Origin: Macrostomum lignano
Taxonomy: Eukaryota
Length of the DNA: 64,000 bases
Reading direction: 5' to 3'
Assembly (NCBI GenBank): GCA_002269645.1
Contig: NIVC01000352.1
Location: forward strand, 496,001 to 560,000
Position numbers and translations under genes: made by a program. Positions 39,401-50,056 of the stretch are shown in pieces. The notes beneath the pieces were generated by a model. It searched no databases and was not told the DNA's origin. It saw nothing but the letters and a program-made list of their open reading frames with translations. The first letter of the stretch is position 1, and each line of letters opens with the position of its first letter.

Positions 39401-41812
39401 CGAATGCTTCGGGATTCGTAGGCTGGTATGATGCCCTCTGTAGCCGAAGATAAATCATACCCAATTGATCCGACAGTTTGACAGGTTGGAATCATCGCCA
39501 AACCAAGCACAAGCTCGACCAAAGTTTTCGATCAAATGTCGTAGACTGCTCTGTCTCTGACTAATCGGTAGATGTTGCACTTGATCCATGTCACCAATTC
39601 TTGTAGCTGAAAGTGATTTAAAAAAGTAAAAGTTTCTCCTAGAACATGAACGTCAGCAACTACATCATCTACGTCTACAAACACAAGTTTTTTTGCATTT
39701 TGAGAAAGAATACCAATATAGCTATAAAACTTACACTCTCAAAAATTGAACACAAAAAGGTACTAAAATTACATACAATTTAAATGAATGTACACCAAAT
39801 GTATGAATGAAATCGACAAGAAAAATCATCCTACTAGCATTACACACCATAAAAAATAAGTAAATAGGTTGCTTTATACAAGAGAGAGAGAGCATTTTTG
39901 CATAGTATTGTTAATCATCCAAACGCCAATGTAAAAAGGCAACGAATCTGTTGGAGTTGTCCAGGAACGCTTATTATAAAAAAAGCTCATACAAAAGCTC
40001 ATCAAAAATACTTTCTGCTTTCGAGAACGAATGCACTGCATGCGCGAAAACACAAGTTGTCGCTGGTTTAGAACTCTAAAATAAAATCAAGTAAATAAAA
40101 CTGCTTGCACCCTTGTCTTGTTAATCGGATTGGACCGGATCGGAAACACCGGAGACTAGTTTGCACCCTTGTCTTGTTAATCGGATTGGACCGGATCGGA
40201 CACACCGGAGACTAGTTTGCACCCTTGTCTTGTTAATCGGATTGGACCGGATCGGACACACCGGAGACTAGTTTGCACCCTTGTCTTGTTAATCGGATTG
40301 GACCGGATCGGACACACCGGAGACTAGTTTGCACCCTTGTCTTGTTAATCAGATTGGACCGGATCGGACACACCGGAGACTAGTTTGCACCCTTGTCTTG
40401 TTAATCGGATTGGACCGGATCGGACACACCGGAGACTAGTTTGCACCCTTGTCTTGTTAATCGGATTGGACCGGATCGGACACACCGGAGACTAGTTTGC
40501 ACCCTTGTCTTGTTAATCGGATTGGACCGGATCGGACACCGGAGACTAGTTTGCACCCTTGTCTTGTTAATCGGATTGGACCGGATCGGACACACCGGAG
40601 ACTAGTTTGCACCCTTGTCTTGTTAATCGGATTGGACCGGATCGGACACACCGGAGACTAGTTTGCACCCTTGTCTTGTTAATCAGATTGGACCGGATCG
40701 GACACACCGGAGACTAGTTTGCACCCTTGTCTTGTTAATCGGATTGGACCGGATCGGACACACCGGAGACTAGTTTGCACCCTTGTCTTGTTAATCGGAT
40801 TGGACCGGATCGGACACACCGGAGACTATTTTGCACCCTTGTCTTGTTAATCGGATTGGACCGGATCGGACACACCGGAGACTAGTTTGCACCCTTGTCT
40901 TGTTAATCGGATTGGACCGGATCGGACACACCGGAGACTAGTTTGCACCCTTGTCTTGTTAATCGGATTGGACCGGATCGGACACACCGGAGACTAGTTT
41001 GCACCCTTGTCTTGTTAATCGGATTGGACCGGATCGGACACACCGGAGACTAGTTTGCACCCTTGTCTTGTTAATCGGATTGGACCGGATCGGAAACACC
41101 GGAGACTAGTTTGCACCCTTGTCTTGTTAATCGGATTGGACCGGATCGGACACACCGGAGACTAGTTTGCACCCTTGTCTTGTTAATCGGATTGGACCGG
41201 ATCGGACACACCGGAGACTAGTTTGCACCCTTGTCTTGTTAATCGGATTGGACCGGATCGGACACACCGGAGACTAGTTTGCACCCTTGTCTTGTTAATC
41301 GGATTGGACCGGATCGGACACACCGGAGACTAGTTTGCACCCTTGTCTTGTTAATCGGATTGGACCGGATCGGACACACCGGAGACTAGTTTGCACCCTT
41401 GTCTTGTTAATCGGATTGGACCGGATCGGATTCGATACTTGGATACTTGGACATTTCAATGCTTGGATGTTAAATTACGCAATTTTGTTTTAAAAGAGCT
41501 GCCAAAATATTTGTAAACTGGCTAATTTTATTAACTTGTGTAAAAATCGTGTTTGTATCGAATTGAAATATAATACTGCTTTAAAAGAAGTTAATTTGAA
41601 TGCGTAAAGTTATACGCAAATATCAGGTTTATATGTCTGAAGTGGTGTGTCTAATTAAGCCACTATTCATTTCGTAAAACTAAGTCTGCGTGCACATGGA
41701 ATTTCAGACTTTGCCATTTTTCTGGGCCTGTACTTGCTATGTATTTCACCATAAGGAAATCGGGTTGTGTCATATTTTCCTATACTAATTATGCTGACTA
41801 AAGTTCTTTTCG

Positions 41813-41861
<49 letters not shown>

Positions 41862-44800
41862 GTCTGTCTGTCTGTCATTGCTATCGGCCACCCCTTCCGC
41901 ACACGCCCAGGTCCCCATAGTGGTAGTGCGGCCACAGTCGCATCACGCGCAGCCGCAGCCGGCCATGCAGTCAGAGGAGTCCCAAGCCGCAGCCGAGCAC
42001 ATTGAGCAGGTTTGCCAGCTGGACTCCGAGCTGGATAGGCTGGTCCAGCAGTGGGCTCCCAGCATGGACCCGCAGGTGTGGTGGGGCCTGGTCCAACGCC
42101 CCCGGCTCGACCTGCTGCACAGGTGCGCCGACGCCCTGCGGGCAGGTGCCGGCTGGCAGGAATCGAACTCAGGCCCGCAGCCGGCCCTAGACCAGAGAAT
42201 GTGGCGCTCAGGGTTTCACGCAATTGTTGAACAGCTACGCCAGATGTCCGGGCCGGATCAGCCGGAGCGACTGGCCGAGCGTGGCCGGGAACTGGCGCTG
42301 GACATGATCGAGTCTGGCTGGCAATTTCTGCAACAACTTGCTGACCAGTTGGCCGCCGAGCACGAACTGCCGGTTGAGCTGCCGCTCCGCATCGGCTTCC
42401 TGCCGCCTGCGGTGAGGTGCACCCGCTGGCAGCGGCTCGGCCTGCTGCTCATCCAGCGGCTCTACCTCAACATTGGTGATTTGCTCCGCTACAGAGAGGT
42501 CTTCTCCGGTGGCGCCGACTATAGCGAAGCTAGAAGGTGAGCTGGGTGCTCCTGTGAATTATTCTACGAAATAGATGTATTTTAGTTTGAAAGTAAAATC
42601 GTTGAGTTCATTTTTCTAAGATTTCTTTTTCAGTTTTTTGAGTGTTAGTGTAAAAGATTCTTAGAATGAATTATCGTACGAGTGTTTCTAAGCAATGAAT
42701 TGTTATCATGAGAATGTTTCTAAGAAATATCGTCTGGAAATGTTTCTAAGAAATATCGTATGGAAATGTTTCTAAGAAATATCGTATGGAAATGTTTCTA
42801 AGAAATATGGTATGGAAATGTTTCTAAGAAATATCGTCTGGAAATGTTTCTAAGAAATATCGTCTGGAAATGTTTCTAAGAAATATCGAATGGAAATGTT
42901 TCTAAGAAATATGGCATGGAAATGTTTCTAAGAAATATCGAATGGAAATGTTTCTAAGAAATATCGAATGGAAATGTTTCTAAGAAATATGGTATGGAAA
43001 TGTTTCTACAAAATATTTATTATCGTAGGAATGTTTTTAAAAAGTATTAAAAAATCTTAGAAATGTTTCTAAGCCAATTTTGTGAGTGTCCCTTGGCAAC
43101 ACTCAGGTGAATGATTCAAGGTAATCCCATATACTAATCCCATATACTAAGAATTGATTCTAGAAATGATTATTTCTCTTCCCTCTTCAACCCTCTTCAA
43201 CTTACCCAGCTGGTACTTGAAGGCTGTGGCGCTGGAGCCCAAGAATGGTCGGACCTACCATCAGCTGGCTGTGCTGGCTAATGCAACAGTGAGTTTTCTT
43301 TAATTCATTGACTCTTTTTGAGTTCCAATTAGATGACTTTCCATGAGATCAATCAATCCGACTTTGAATCTTCTTTATGTTAAGAATTTTCATCCGCTAA
43401 TCAATAATCGCTTCGCTTGAAAGAGTAGCGGAACTGCCCTGTCCCTGAGAGGAATTAAGTTTTCATCTTAAGAATTTTCATGCCTGAACTATCACCTCAC
43501 CTGAAAAATCGCCCCACCTGAAGCACCGCCCTACCTGAAGAACTCCCTCCCCTACCTGAAGAATCGCCCACCTGAAGAACCACCCCTACCTGAAGAGCCG
43601 CCCCACCTGAAGAACCGCTCCACCTGAAGAACTGCCCCACCTAAAGAACCGCCCCACCTGAAGAACCGCCCCACCTGAAGAACCGCCCCAACTGAAGCAC
43701 CGCCTCATCTGAAGCACCGCCCTACCTAAAGAACTCCCTCCCCTACCCGAAGAACCGCCCCACCTGAAGAACCGCTCCACCTGAAGCACCACCCCACCTG
43801 AAGAACCGCCCCACCTGAAGAACCGCCCCACCTGAAGCACCGCCCCACCTGAAGAACCGCCCCACCTGAAGAACCGCCCCACCTGAAGAACCGCCCCACC
43901 TGAAGAACCGCCCCTACCTGAAGAACCGCCCCACCTGAAGAACCGCCCCACCTGAAGCACCGCCCCACCTGAAGAACCGCCCCACCTGAAGCACCGCCCC
44001 ACCTGAAGCACCGCCCCACCTGAAGCACCGCCCCACCTGAAGAACCGCCCCACCTGAAGCACCGCCCCACCTGAAGCACCGCCCCACCTGAAGAACCCCC
44101 GCCGCCGCCCCGGCAGAAGCGCCGGCTAGACGCGGTGTACTACTACATGCGGTCGCTGGCCGCCAGCCACCCGGTGGACCTGTCCCGCCAGTACCTGGCC
44201 CAGCTATTTGAAGAGGCCAGACGCCGCGCCGAGGCGGCCTGGCGGCAGAGAGAAGCGGAGCGCAGCAAGCGTCAGCGGGCGAAGAACGCCGGCTCTTCCG
44301 GGCCGTCGCTCAGCAGCGGCGGCCTCCGGGCGCTTCAACAGCCGAACCGGCGCTGCCGCGTCGAAGTCTGGGTGCCGGTGTCCGGCGCCGGCCGCCAGCT
44401 CAGCTCCGGCCTGCTCAACTCTGACGAAGAGGACGTCGAACAAGAGGAGGACCTGGACCAGCTGTCCTTCATTGAGATCAACACGGCATTCACGGCCAGC
44501 TACCTGCACTGCCACGGCAAGCTGTTCACCCGCATCGGCATGGAGAGCTTCCAGGAGGCCTGCTCGCAGACTCTGCTTGAGCTGGCAGCCTGGCTGCGCC
44601 ACGAGCCGCCGGCTGAGCGGCTACTTCAACTGGCGGCCGGCTGCGTGTTCTCCGCCAGCTGGGCCGCCCGCCAGGGACCGCCAGGAGCGGCCCAGTACAG
44701 ATCTGTGCAGTTGGAGAGCGCCGTTCGGCTGGCGCTGGACTTTGCCGCCGTGCTGGCTAGGCACTGCCGGCACCTGCTGGCTGTGAGTTTGCACCGGGTT

Positions 44801-47604
44801 CACGGCCTGTCACACAGCCTGTCACACAGATTACTCCAATCTATTACACAGCCTGTCACACAGATTACTGCAATCTATCACACAGCCTTCACACAGATTA
44901 CTGCAATCTATCACACAGCCTTCACACAGATTACTCCAATCTATCACACAGCCTGTCACACAGATTACTCCAATCTATCACACAGCCTGTCACACAGATT
45001 ACTCCAATCTATCACACAGCCTGTCACACAGATTACTCCAATCTATCACACAGCCTGTCACACAGATTACTGCAATCTATCACACAGCCTGTCACACGGA
45101 TTACTGCAATCTATCACACAGCCTGTCACACAGATTACTGCAATCTATTACACAGCCTGTCACACAGATTACTGCAATCTATCACACAGCCTGTCACACG
45201 CCCTGTCACACAGCCCGTCACACGGCATGCCTGGCGGACATTCTAATTAAGCCAATAATTCAGCAAATTAGAATCGAATCGGACTGGCATCGCAGCCCAA
45301 TCAGGATACTATGAGTAGGCATCTATGCGCGCATCTGTTGTTAAATACGTTACCCACCGCCGCCCTTCCCCCAACCGGCAGGAACACGTCAAGAACGGCG
45401 GCTGCCTTCCCCTGCCGGAGCCCACCCGGGCGCTCCTGTCCTCGCTGAAGCTGCTGCTAGACTGGATGGAGGTGTCCCCGGAGGCGTGGAACCCGCCGCC
45501 CTTGCAGCGTGACCCGCACCTGCAGCCTCAGCTGGACGTCTGGGAGGACCTGGCCAGCCTGTTCACCGACTGCGCTCGATTCTCCAACCGGCCGGAGGTT
45601 CGCCGCCAGCTGTTGGACTTTGAGGAGTCCAAGAAGCCGCCGATCTCGCCGCCGGGCAGCTGCCGGCTGCACGTGATCCTTCAGGAGGACGTCTTCGCCA
45701 ACGGCTTCACCCCCATGCTCAACCGGACCCCGATTTTCTACGTCGCCAAGCAGGCGCCGGCGGAGCTGTCGGCGGTGACGGACGCGCCCGAAGCCTGGTC
45801 GGTGCGCGAACGCCTGCTGGAGGACTCGATCAGGCTGGACGCCTGCGCCGTGTTCGCCGACTATCTGTGCGGCCTGGAGCCGCCCCTGCTCGGCTACAGC
45901 ATGGAGGCCGGCGGTGCCTACTTCAGCCAGCAGCTCGACAAGCTGGCCTCCGAGCGGATGGAAGATTGCCAACAGCCGCAGCCGCAACCGCCGTCGCTGG
46001 AGTTTGCGGAGGCCGGCATCCAGGATGAGCCGGATGAATCCGGTGCCGCTTCGGCCGACGACGAGCTGGCCGCGTCGGCGGCTGCTGACGGCATTCGGGA
46101 GCTGCGTCTGCGCAAGCAGGAACTGCGACGGGCCCTGGACGAGCAGCAGGAGCGCCAGCGGGCTTATAAGGTAATTGGACTGTCTGTCACGTGATTTGCC
46201 ATCTGGCTAGACACTGTCACGTGATCATTTGTGTTAGTAATCGTCACGTGGCCAGTCTCAGTAGCCGTCACGTGACAGTCTCAGTAGCCGTCACGTGACC
46301 AGTCTCAGTAGCCGTCACGTGACTAGTCTTAATAGCCGTCACGTGACCAGTCTCAGTAGCCGTCACGTGACTAGTCTTAATAGCCGTCACGTGACAAGTC
46401 TCAGTAGCCGTCACGTGACTCTCAGTAATCGTCACGTGACCAGTCTCAGTAGCCGTCACGTGACCAGTCTCAGTAGCCGTCACGTGACCAGTCTCAGTAA
46501 TCGTCACGTGACCAGTCTCAGTAGATGTCACGTGACTTGTCACCCCCTCAAATCAACCCCGCCTCCCCCCGCCTTCAGTCCGCCCTGGAGTCGTCCGGCC
46601 AGCGCTACATGGAGCTGGAGATTGTGCCGATCAACCTGCTGCCGGACACCAATTGCTACATTCACTACCTGGGCGAGATACGCAGCCTACTAGCCATGGG
46701 CAAGCACAATCTGATTCTGCCAATTGTAGTGCTCAACGAATTGGATCACCTGGCTAAGCACGGCGACTCGAGCGAGCACGCTGGCTACGTTGCCAGCCAG
46801 GCTCGAGCCGCGGTTGCCATGCTGGAGGAGGCATTCGAGTCCAAGGCAGGCGGAGCAGCCAGGCGCCGGGTCAAAGCGGTCACGGCCAAGGGCAGCACGT
46901 TGGACACCATCGCTTTCCGGTCCGAGGTGATCGGCCGGCCGGCTAAGAACGACGACCTCATTCTGTCCTGCTGCATGAACCACTGCCAGGACAAGGCTAG
47001 CGCCTTTATGCCTAAGGATAAGGGTGAGTGCGTCCCGTCTGCTGAAGGCTGACCGTCACGTGTCACGGACCTGGGGTTCCAGTCGGCTGGGAGATGAAGG
47101 GTTGGATGAGGCTGGGAGATGGAGGGTTGGATGAGGCTGAGAGATGAAGGTTTGAATGAGGCTGGGAGATGGAGGGTTGGATGAGGCTGGGAGATGGAGG
47201 GTTGGATGAGGCTGAGAGATGAAGGTTTGAATGAGGCTGGGAGATGGAGGGTTGGATGAGACTGAGATAAAAGAGTTGGATGAGGCTGGAAGATAAATGT
47301 TTGGATGAGGCTGGGAGATGAAGGGTTGGATGAAGCTGGGAGATGAAGACTTGGATGAGCCTAGGAGATACAGGCTTTGATGAGGCTGGGAGATAAAGGG
47401 CCTCCAGACGAATGCAGCAAGCTTATATAAATAGTATTAGCCCACCTACTCGTGCCCACAGACCAGCCCGTCAGGCTGCACAGGGACATTGTGCTGCTGA
47501 CCAGCGACAGGAACCTCCGGCTGAAGGCCATCGGGTCGAACATTCCCGCAAAGACAGTGCCGGCCTTCTTCAAGTGGTCCGGCCTGCCCATGTGCCGGAA
47601 TTGA
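30493..47604 (+). CDS. SMG6: SMG6/EST1A nonsense-mediated decay endonuclease, 1294 aa
   Basis: Exons 30493-31629, 41911-42536, 43210-43288, 44117-44782, 45382-46170, 46579-47023 and 47462-47604 join in frame (3885 nt). TPR/EST1 region: GDLLRYRE..YSEARSWYLKA..PKNGRTYHQLAVLA..KRRLDAVYYYMRSLAASHP. PIN domain: LPDTN, NELD, KNDDLILSCC, VLLTSDRNLRLKA. N-terminal EBM-like PDQQIYRP. Confidence 0.95.
31751..31822 (-). mobile_element. tRNA-like sequence, probably a SINE head or tRNA pseudogene
   Basis: The minus strand reads GGGGTTGTAGCCTAGTGGTTAGAGAATCGGACTCACGACCGAAAGGTCGGGGGTTCGAATCCTGATCCCAC. A and B boxes are intact and the anticodon loop is CTCACGA, but the acceptor and T stems pair poorly. Confidence 0.6.
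32234..33150 (-). repeat. 3' LTR (917 bp)
   Basis: Direct repeat of 38190-39106. On the minus strand: TATAAATA at 32869-32876 and AATAAA at 32723-32728. Confidence 0.95.
33151..33165 (-). other. Polypurine tract GAAAAGGGGAGATAT
   Basis: Purine-rich run directly abutting the 3' LTR on the minus strand. Confidence 0.88.
33343..33942 (-). CDS. Cargo ORF B: tandem double C3HC4 (SIAH-like) RING protein, 199 aa
   Basis: CIVC-x9-C-QHG-H-KF-C-YN-C-x8-CPLC followed by CQVC-x8-C-ANG-H-WV-C-RD-C-x11-CITC. Intact ATG-to-stop ORF. Confidence 0.85.
   Translation of the reverse strand: MDSDECIVCYEDTEQYVYCQHGHKFCYNCCTTDRIDKCPLCRAPPTLCQVCNTTPQQRMCANGHWVCRDCALKIRCRDYKHCITCAAPISKEIYAGTTTLPKIQLTKETMDSMTAKELATAIRTWPIPFNKRDHLEYLFDLVRQYAAHPINTTSTTEEIYLEFLNATESTQFTPIQHLLWPLARLTTKVNDILNNTLSY
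34015..34665 (-). CDS. Cargo ORF A: tandem double C3HC4 (SIAH-like) RING protein, 216 aa
   Basis: CPIC-x11-C-VNR-H-QV-C-GS-C-x12-CPMC followed by CMLC-x8-C-LNQ-H-FM-C-TQ-C-x11-CPIC. Intact ORF. Confidence 0.85.
   Translation of the reverse strand: MDCPICLGEFSCKLPCICVNRHQVCGSCLSLAYYKKPLKNCPMCRGNLRQCMLCNSWRTEQYCLNQHFMCTQCIKKLAYRSICQCPICDATPLPKVNNKLACIQADYNLQLHPFTYALFPSHAIIIRLRSWPIPRAAHKTRKYLVRYSSSYGSRLRQLSPQEIEHKLFKIVNDMNFHPCPILCTALPALILRNEDLSYILPPQESYDYNSSASEID
34797..37823 (-). CDS. Gag (capsid-like + CCHC knuckle) fused to an Env-like ectodomain fragment, ~1008 aa from the first ATG
   Basis: N-terminal retrotransposon-gag-like helices (FNTFIEHFDLV..EKALLLPPLLEGTAREIY). CYTCGRIGHYARDC at 37077-37118. 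Acidic/disordered linker. Hydrophobic signal-like LLQCFLTILMMAIVPTVLP (~35988-36044). Cys-containing glycoprotein-like region with N-x-T sequons. Furin-like RHKR at 35040-35051. C-terminal VHIQRLK and HTYNLRPR. Confidence 0.82.
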   Translation of the reverse strand: MARRNPTVHRDVKETVGMYTMDKDFNTFIEHFDLVTREYGLQNPEKALLLPPLLEGTAREIYGKLNAAAQQDYHTLVTQLRAQFARCGTNRSVLLHKLHNRKMSPTESFLTFVDDVRKIIKALHQPPPPNPGAQPIGPAELAARERQRLADQEQSLILHVINNAQPSLRDRLLRETIETEEQLIRCGMQWEASAPLLTSRSSDTTQLGEQLSKLMQQYQTSAIMPQRQRYAPPPTCYTCGRIGHYARDCRSRGNPRQYNDNRRKNWTRPQNRNWNPPQNRQGNALVPYRQQRNPPPPRQPTQVRRQYAQAIEPEYTQVIEPEFKIEDLMPDFTINVLEEFEKRKDSTSSESSCMMDSLFEEDPPIPTSSKASPVFRENKRQQQTISKQQSNLFKVPTIDNLSETHRDDNFQDRKEMTTLEEDRDPATSQNIFEESVDMLQVLVDDIDLSETPPTQEPDYENIVSPSPVHEKWKHDKATNTQSNHSTDEKFVQTEDDTYVSMNLDYESEYDEPITIMEPVNTPTDENTTTHLTNISKSTNFMRPMLQSQPPTPLPCSNKWHFSTRLTPPPYPEDSHDEIEDTPPVPTRRKKKHPLLQCFLTILMMAIVPTVLPSPSPMICPTDGDIQPVIYKIPTEIKCSYFKTNQTKPLPLTIEIYKANTKKHRQMGIVCFRDKDEIEKVWLVQWNRIRYWQTSMMVSQEECLRWNQTLFSEDGQLKLHETSASGAQLFRTKNVADGRYVHYHQSRWPTYSVYNSYLIRNVLFYHNPFDNMESLQLPLDQCHYSSGYCSTPNYNKEEAQNLPLAPIYFHDYRYQIEYRSDSRYEEPSRTRKYFTAWEVKTEIDCKLQKYHTVQGKLLSNTFLADSGDLALTFPKQPSYTHLKCKNKDEQLILSDQEIPIALKDMDKNVFLKVVNGTYQRKDVIERHKRDLPKPSLVSARLANIQDPHQPQFYVHIQRLKRITNDTTFLPDLQNPDHTKTTNKHIATAHAETQTTNAPPVGHTYNLRPR
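38170..38187 (-). other. Primer-binding site TGGTGATCTCGCCCAGGC
   Basis: Begins 2 nt after the 5' LTR and is complementary to a tRNA 3' end ...CCTGGGCGAGATCA-CCA. Confidence 0.85.
38190..39106 (-). repeat. 5' LTR (917 bp)
   Basis: Direct repeat of 32234-33150; no mismatches noticed by eye. TATA at 38825-38832 on the minus strand. Confidence 0.95.
39247..39522 (-). pseudogene. Decayed trimeric dUTPase
   Basis: AMIPT..GSIGYDLSSA (motif 1), GGGVFDPDYTGEICIVLFN (motif 3), RIA*LIL (motif 4, with Gln replaced by TAG at 39265-39267). The motif 2 (RSG) region is deleted. Confidence 0.8.
40105..41430 (+). repeat. 56-bp satellite (TTGCACCCTTGTCTTGTTAATCGGATTGGACCGGATCGGACACACCGGAGACTAGT), ~23 copies
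   Basis: Highly homogeneous period of 56, in the same SMG6 intron as the LTR element. Confidence 0.96.
41814..41875 (+). repeat. (TGTC)n microsatellite
   Basis: Tetramer run just upstream of SMG6 acceptor 41910. Confidence 0.9.
42712..43010 (+). repeat. 26-bp minisatellite (GAAATGTTTCTAAGAAATATCGTATG), ~11 copies
   Basis: Tandem repetition in an SMG6 intron. Confidence 0.9.
43490..44098 (+). repeat. ~17-bp C-rich minisatellite (CACCTGAAGAACCGCCC)
   Basis: Tandem repetition in an SMG6 intron. Confidence 0.92.
44805..45215 (+). repeat. 34-bp minisatellite (TCACACAGCCTGTCACACAGATTACTGCAATCTA), ~12 copies
   Basis: Period 34. Confidence 0.92.
46186..46536 (+). repeat. ~24-bp minisatellite, each unit containing GTCACGTG(AC)
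   Basis: About 15 CACGTG E-box cores, most as the palindrome GTCACGTGAC. Confidence 0.92.
47092..47396 (+). repeat. 25-bp minisatellite (GGATGAGGCTGGGAGATGGAGGGTT), ~12 copies
   Basis: Tandem repetition in the last SMG6 intron. Confidence 0.9.
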
Positions 47605-47865
47605 CCTTCAGCTGTCCCTCAGCCGAGCGCAGGCTAGTCGCGTAATCTTTGAAAGTACAAAGTGTACTTAGTATGCTAATATCTGATGTCACACCTGCCT
47701 ATATAATTACTTTCTCTCTCTCTCATTGTAAATTTATCTATGTATACGAGTTTTAATTTTCTTTTTGCCTTAATTTTTCAAATTTCCCTCCAACGCGATA
47801 TTATTTATACTGCCCTAATGCATTGCAGTGCATTTTGTGTATAATATACTGAAAATATAATATAA

Positions 47866-47871
47866 AATAAA
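47866..47871 (+). terminator. Probable SMG6 poly(A) signal AATAAA
   Basis: Canonical hexamer ~260 nt after the stop, in an AT-rich 3' UTR. Confidence 0.6.
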
Positions 47872-48048
47872 CTGCTTGCGATGTTTATGAAGCATTCGTT
47901 TCGCGATTCCTGCACTGTCTTCAATTCCTACGAGTAATTTAATAAATGCTCTGGTCCTTTTGCTCTTGCTGCCTTCCTTACTTCATTGGCCGCCTTCTAG
48001 AAGCAGCACCATTGACCTTTGTTTTGCTTTTAATGTAGACCGATATTT

Positions 48049-50056
48049 ACGCTACATATCGGCAATCCACCAATCCTGGTACATAAGAATTAGATAACTA
48101 CGCTACATATCGGCAATCCACCAATCCTGGTACATAAGAATTAGATAACTACGCTACATATCGGCAATCCACTAATCCTGGTACATAAGAATTAGATAAC
48201 TACGCTACATATCGGCAATCCACCAATCCTGGTACATAAGAATTAGATAACTACGCTACATATCGGCAATCCACTAATCCTGGTACATAAGAATTAGATA
48301 ACTACGCTACATATCGGCAATCCACCAATCCTGGTACATACGAATTAGATAGCTACGCTACATATCGGCAATCCACCAATCCTGGTACATAAGAATTAGA
48401 TAACTACGCTACATATCGGCAATCCACCAATCCTGGTACATACGAATTAGATAGCTACGCTACATATCGGCAATCCACCAATCCTGGTACATAAGAATTA
48501 GATAACTACGCTACATATCGGCAATCCACTAATCCTGGTACATAAGAATTAGATAACTACGCTACATATCGGCAATCCACCAATCCTGGTACATAAGAAT
48601 TAGATAACTACGCTACATATCGGCAATCCACCAATCCTGGTACATACGAATTAGATAGCTACGCTACATATCGGCAATCCACCAATCCTGGTACATAAGA
48701 ATTAGATAACTACGCTACATATCGGCAATCCACCAATCCTGGTACATAAGAATTAGATAACTACGCTACATATCGGCAATCCACCAATCCTGGTACATAC
48801 GAATTAGATAGCTACGCTACATATCGGCAATCCACCAATCCTGGTACATAAGAATTAGATAACTACGCTACATATCGGCAATCCACCAATCCTGGTACAT
48901 AAGAATTAGATAACTACGCTACATATCGGCAATCCACCAATCCTGGTACATACGAATTAGATAGCTACGCTACATATCGGCAATCCACCAATCCTGGTAC
49001 ATAAGAATTAGATAACTACGCTACATATCGGCAATCCACTAATCCTGGTACATAAGAATTAGATAACTACGCTACATATCGGCAATCCACCAATCCTGGT
49101 ACATAAGAATTAGATAACTACGCTACATATCGGCAATCCACCAATCCTGGTACATACGAATTAGATAGCTACGCTACATATCGGCAATCCACCAATCCTG
49201 GTACATAAGAATTAGATAACTACGCTACATATCGGCAATCCACCAATCCTGGTACATAAGAATTAGATAACTACGCTACATATCGGCAATCCACCAATCC
49301 TGGTACATACGAATTAGATAGCTACGCTACATATCGGCAATCCACCAATCCTGGTACATAAGAATTAGATAACTACGCTACATATCGGCAATCCACCAAT
49401 CCTGGTACATAAGAATTAGATAACTACGCTACATATCGGCAATCCACCAATCCTGGTACATAAGAATTAGATAACTACGCTACATATCGGCAATCCACCA
49501 ATCCTGGTACATACGAATTAGATAGCTACGCTACATATCGGCAATCCACCAATCCTGGTACATAAGAATTAGATAACTACGCTACATATCGGCAATCCAC
49601 TAATCCTGGTACATAAGAATTAGATAACTACGCTACATATCGGCAATCCACCAATCCTGGTACATAAGAATTAGATAACTACGCTACATATCGGCAATCC
49701 ACTAATCCTGGTACATAAGAATTAGATAACTACGCTACATATCGGCAATCCACCAATCCTGGTACATAAGAATTAGATAACTACGCTACATATCGGCAAT
49801 CCACCAATCCTGGTACATACGAATTAGATAGCTACGCTACATATCGGCAATCCACCAATCCTGGTACATAAGAATTAGATAACTACGCTACATATCGGCA
49901 ATCCACCAATCCTGGTACATACGAATTAGATAGCTACGCTACATATCGGCAATCTACCAATCCTGGTACATAAGAATTAGATAACTACGCTACATATCGG
50001 CAATCCACCAATCCTGGTACATAAGAATTAGATAACTACGCTACATATCGGCAATG
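48049..50056 (+). repeat. 51-bp intergenic satellite (ACGCTACATATCGGCAATCCACCAATCCTGGTACATAAGAATTAGATAACT), ~39 copies
   Basis: Period 51, with three recurring variant units. Confidence 0.96.

Noticed and set aside
40105-41430. Regular 56-bp and 51-bp (48049-50056) arrays as CRISPR arrays
   Set aside because: Units are head-to-tail with no unique spacers, the context is eukaryotic, and there are no cas genes.
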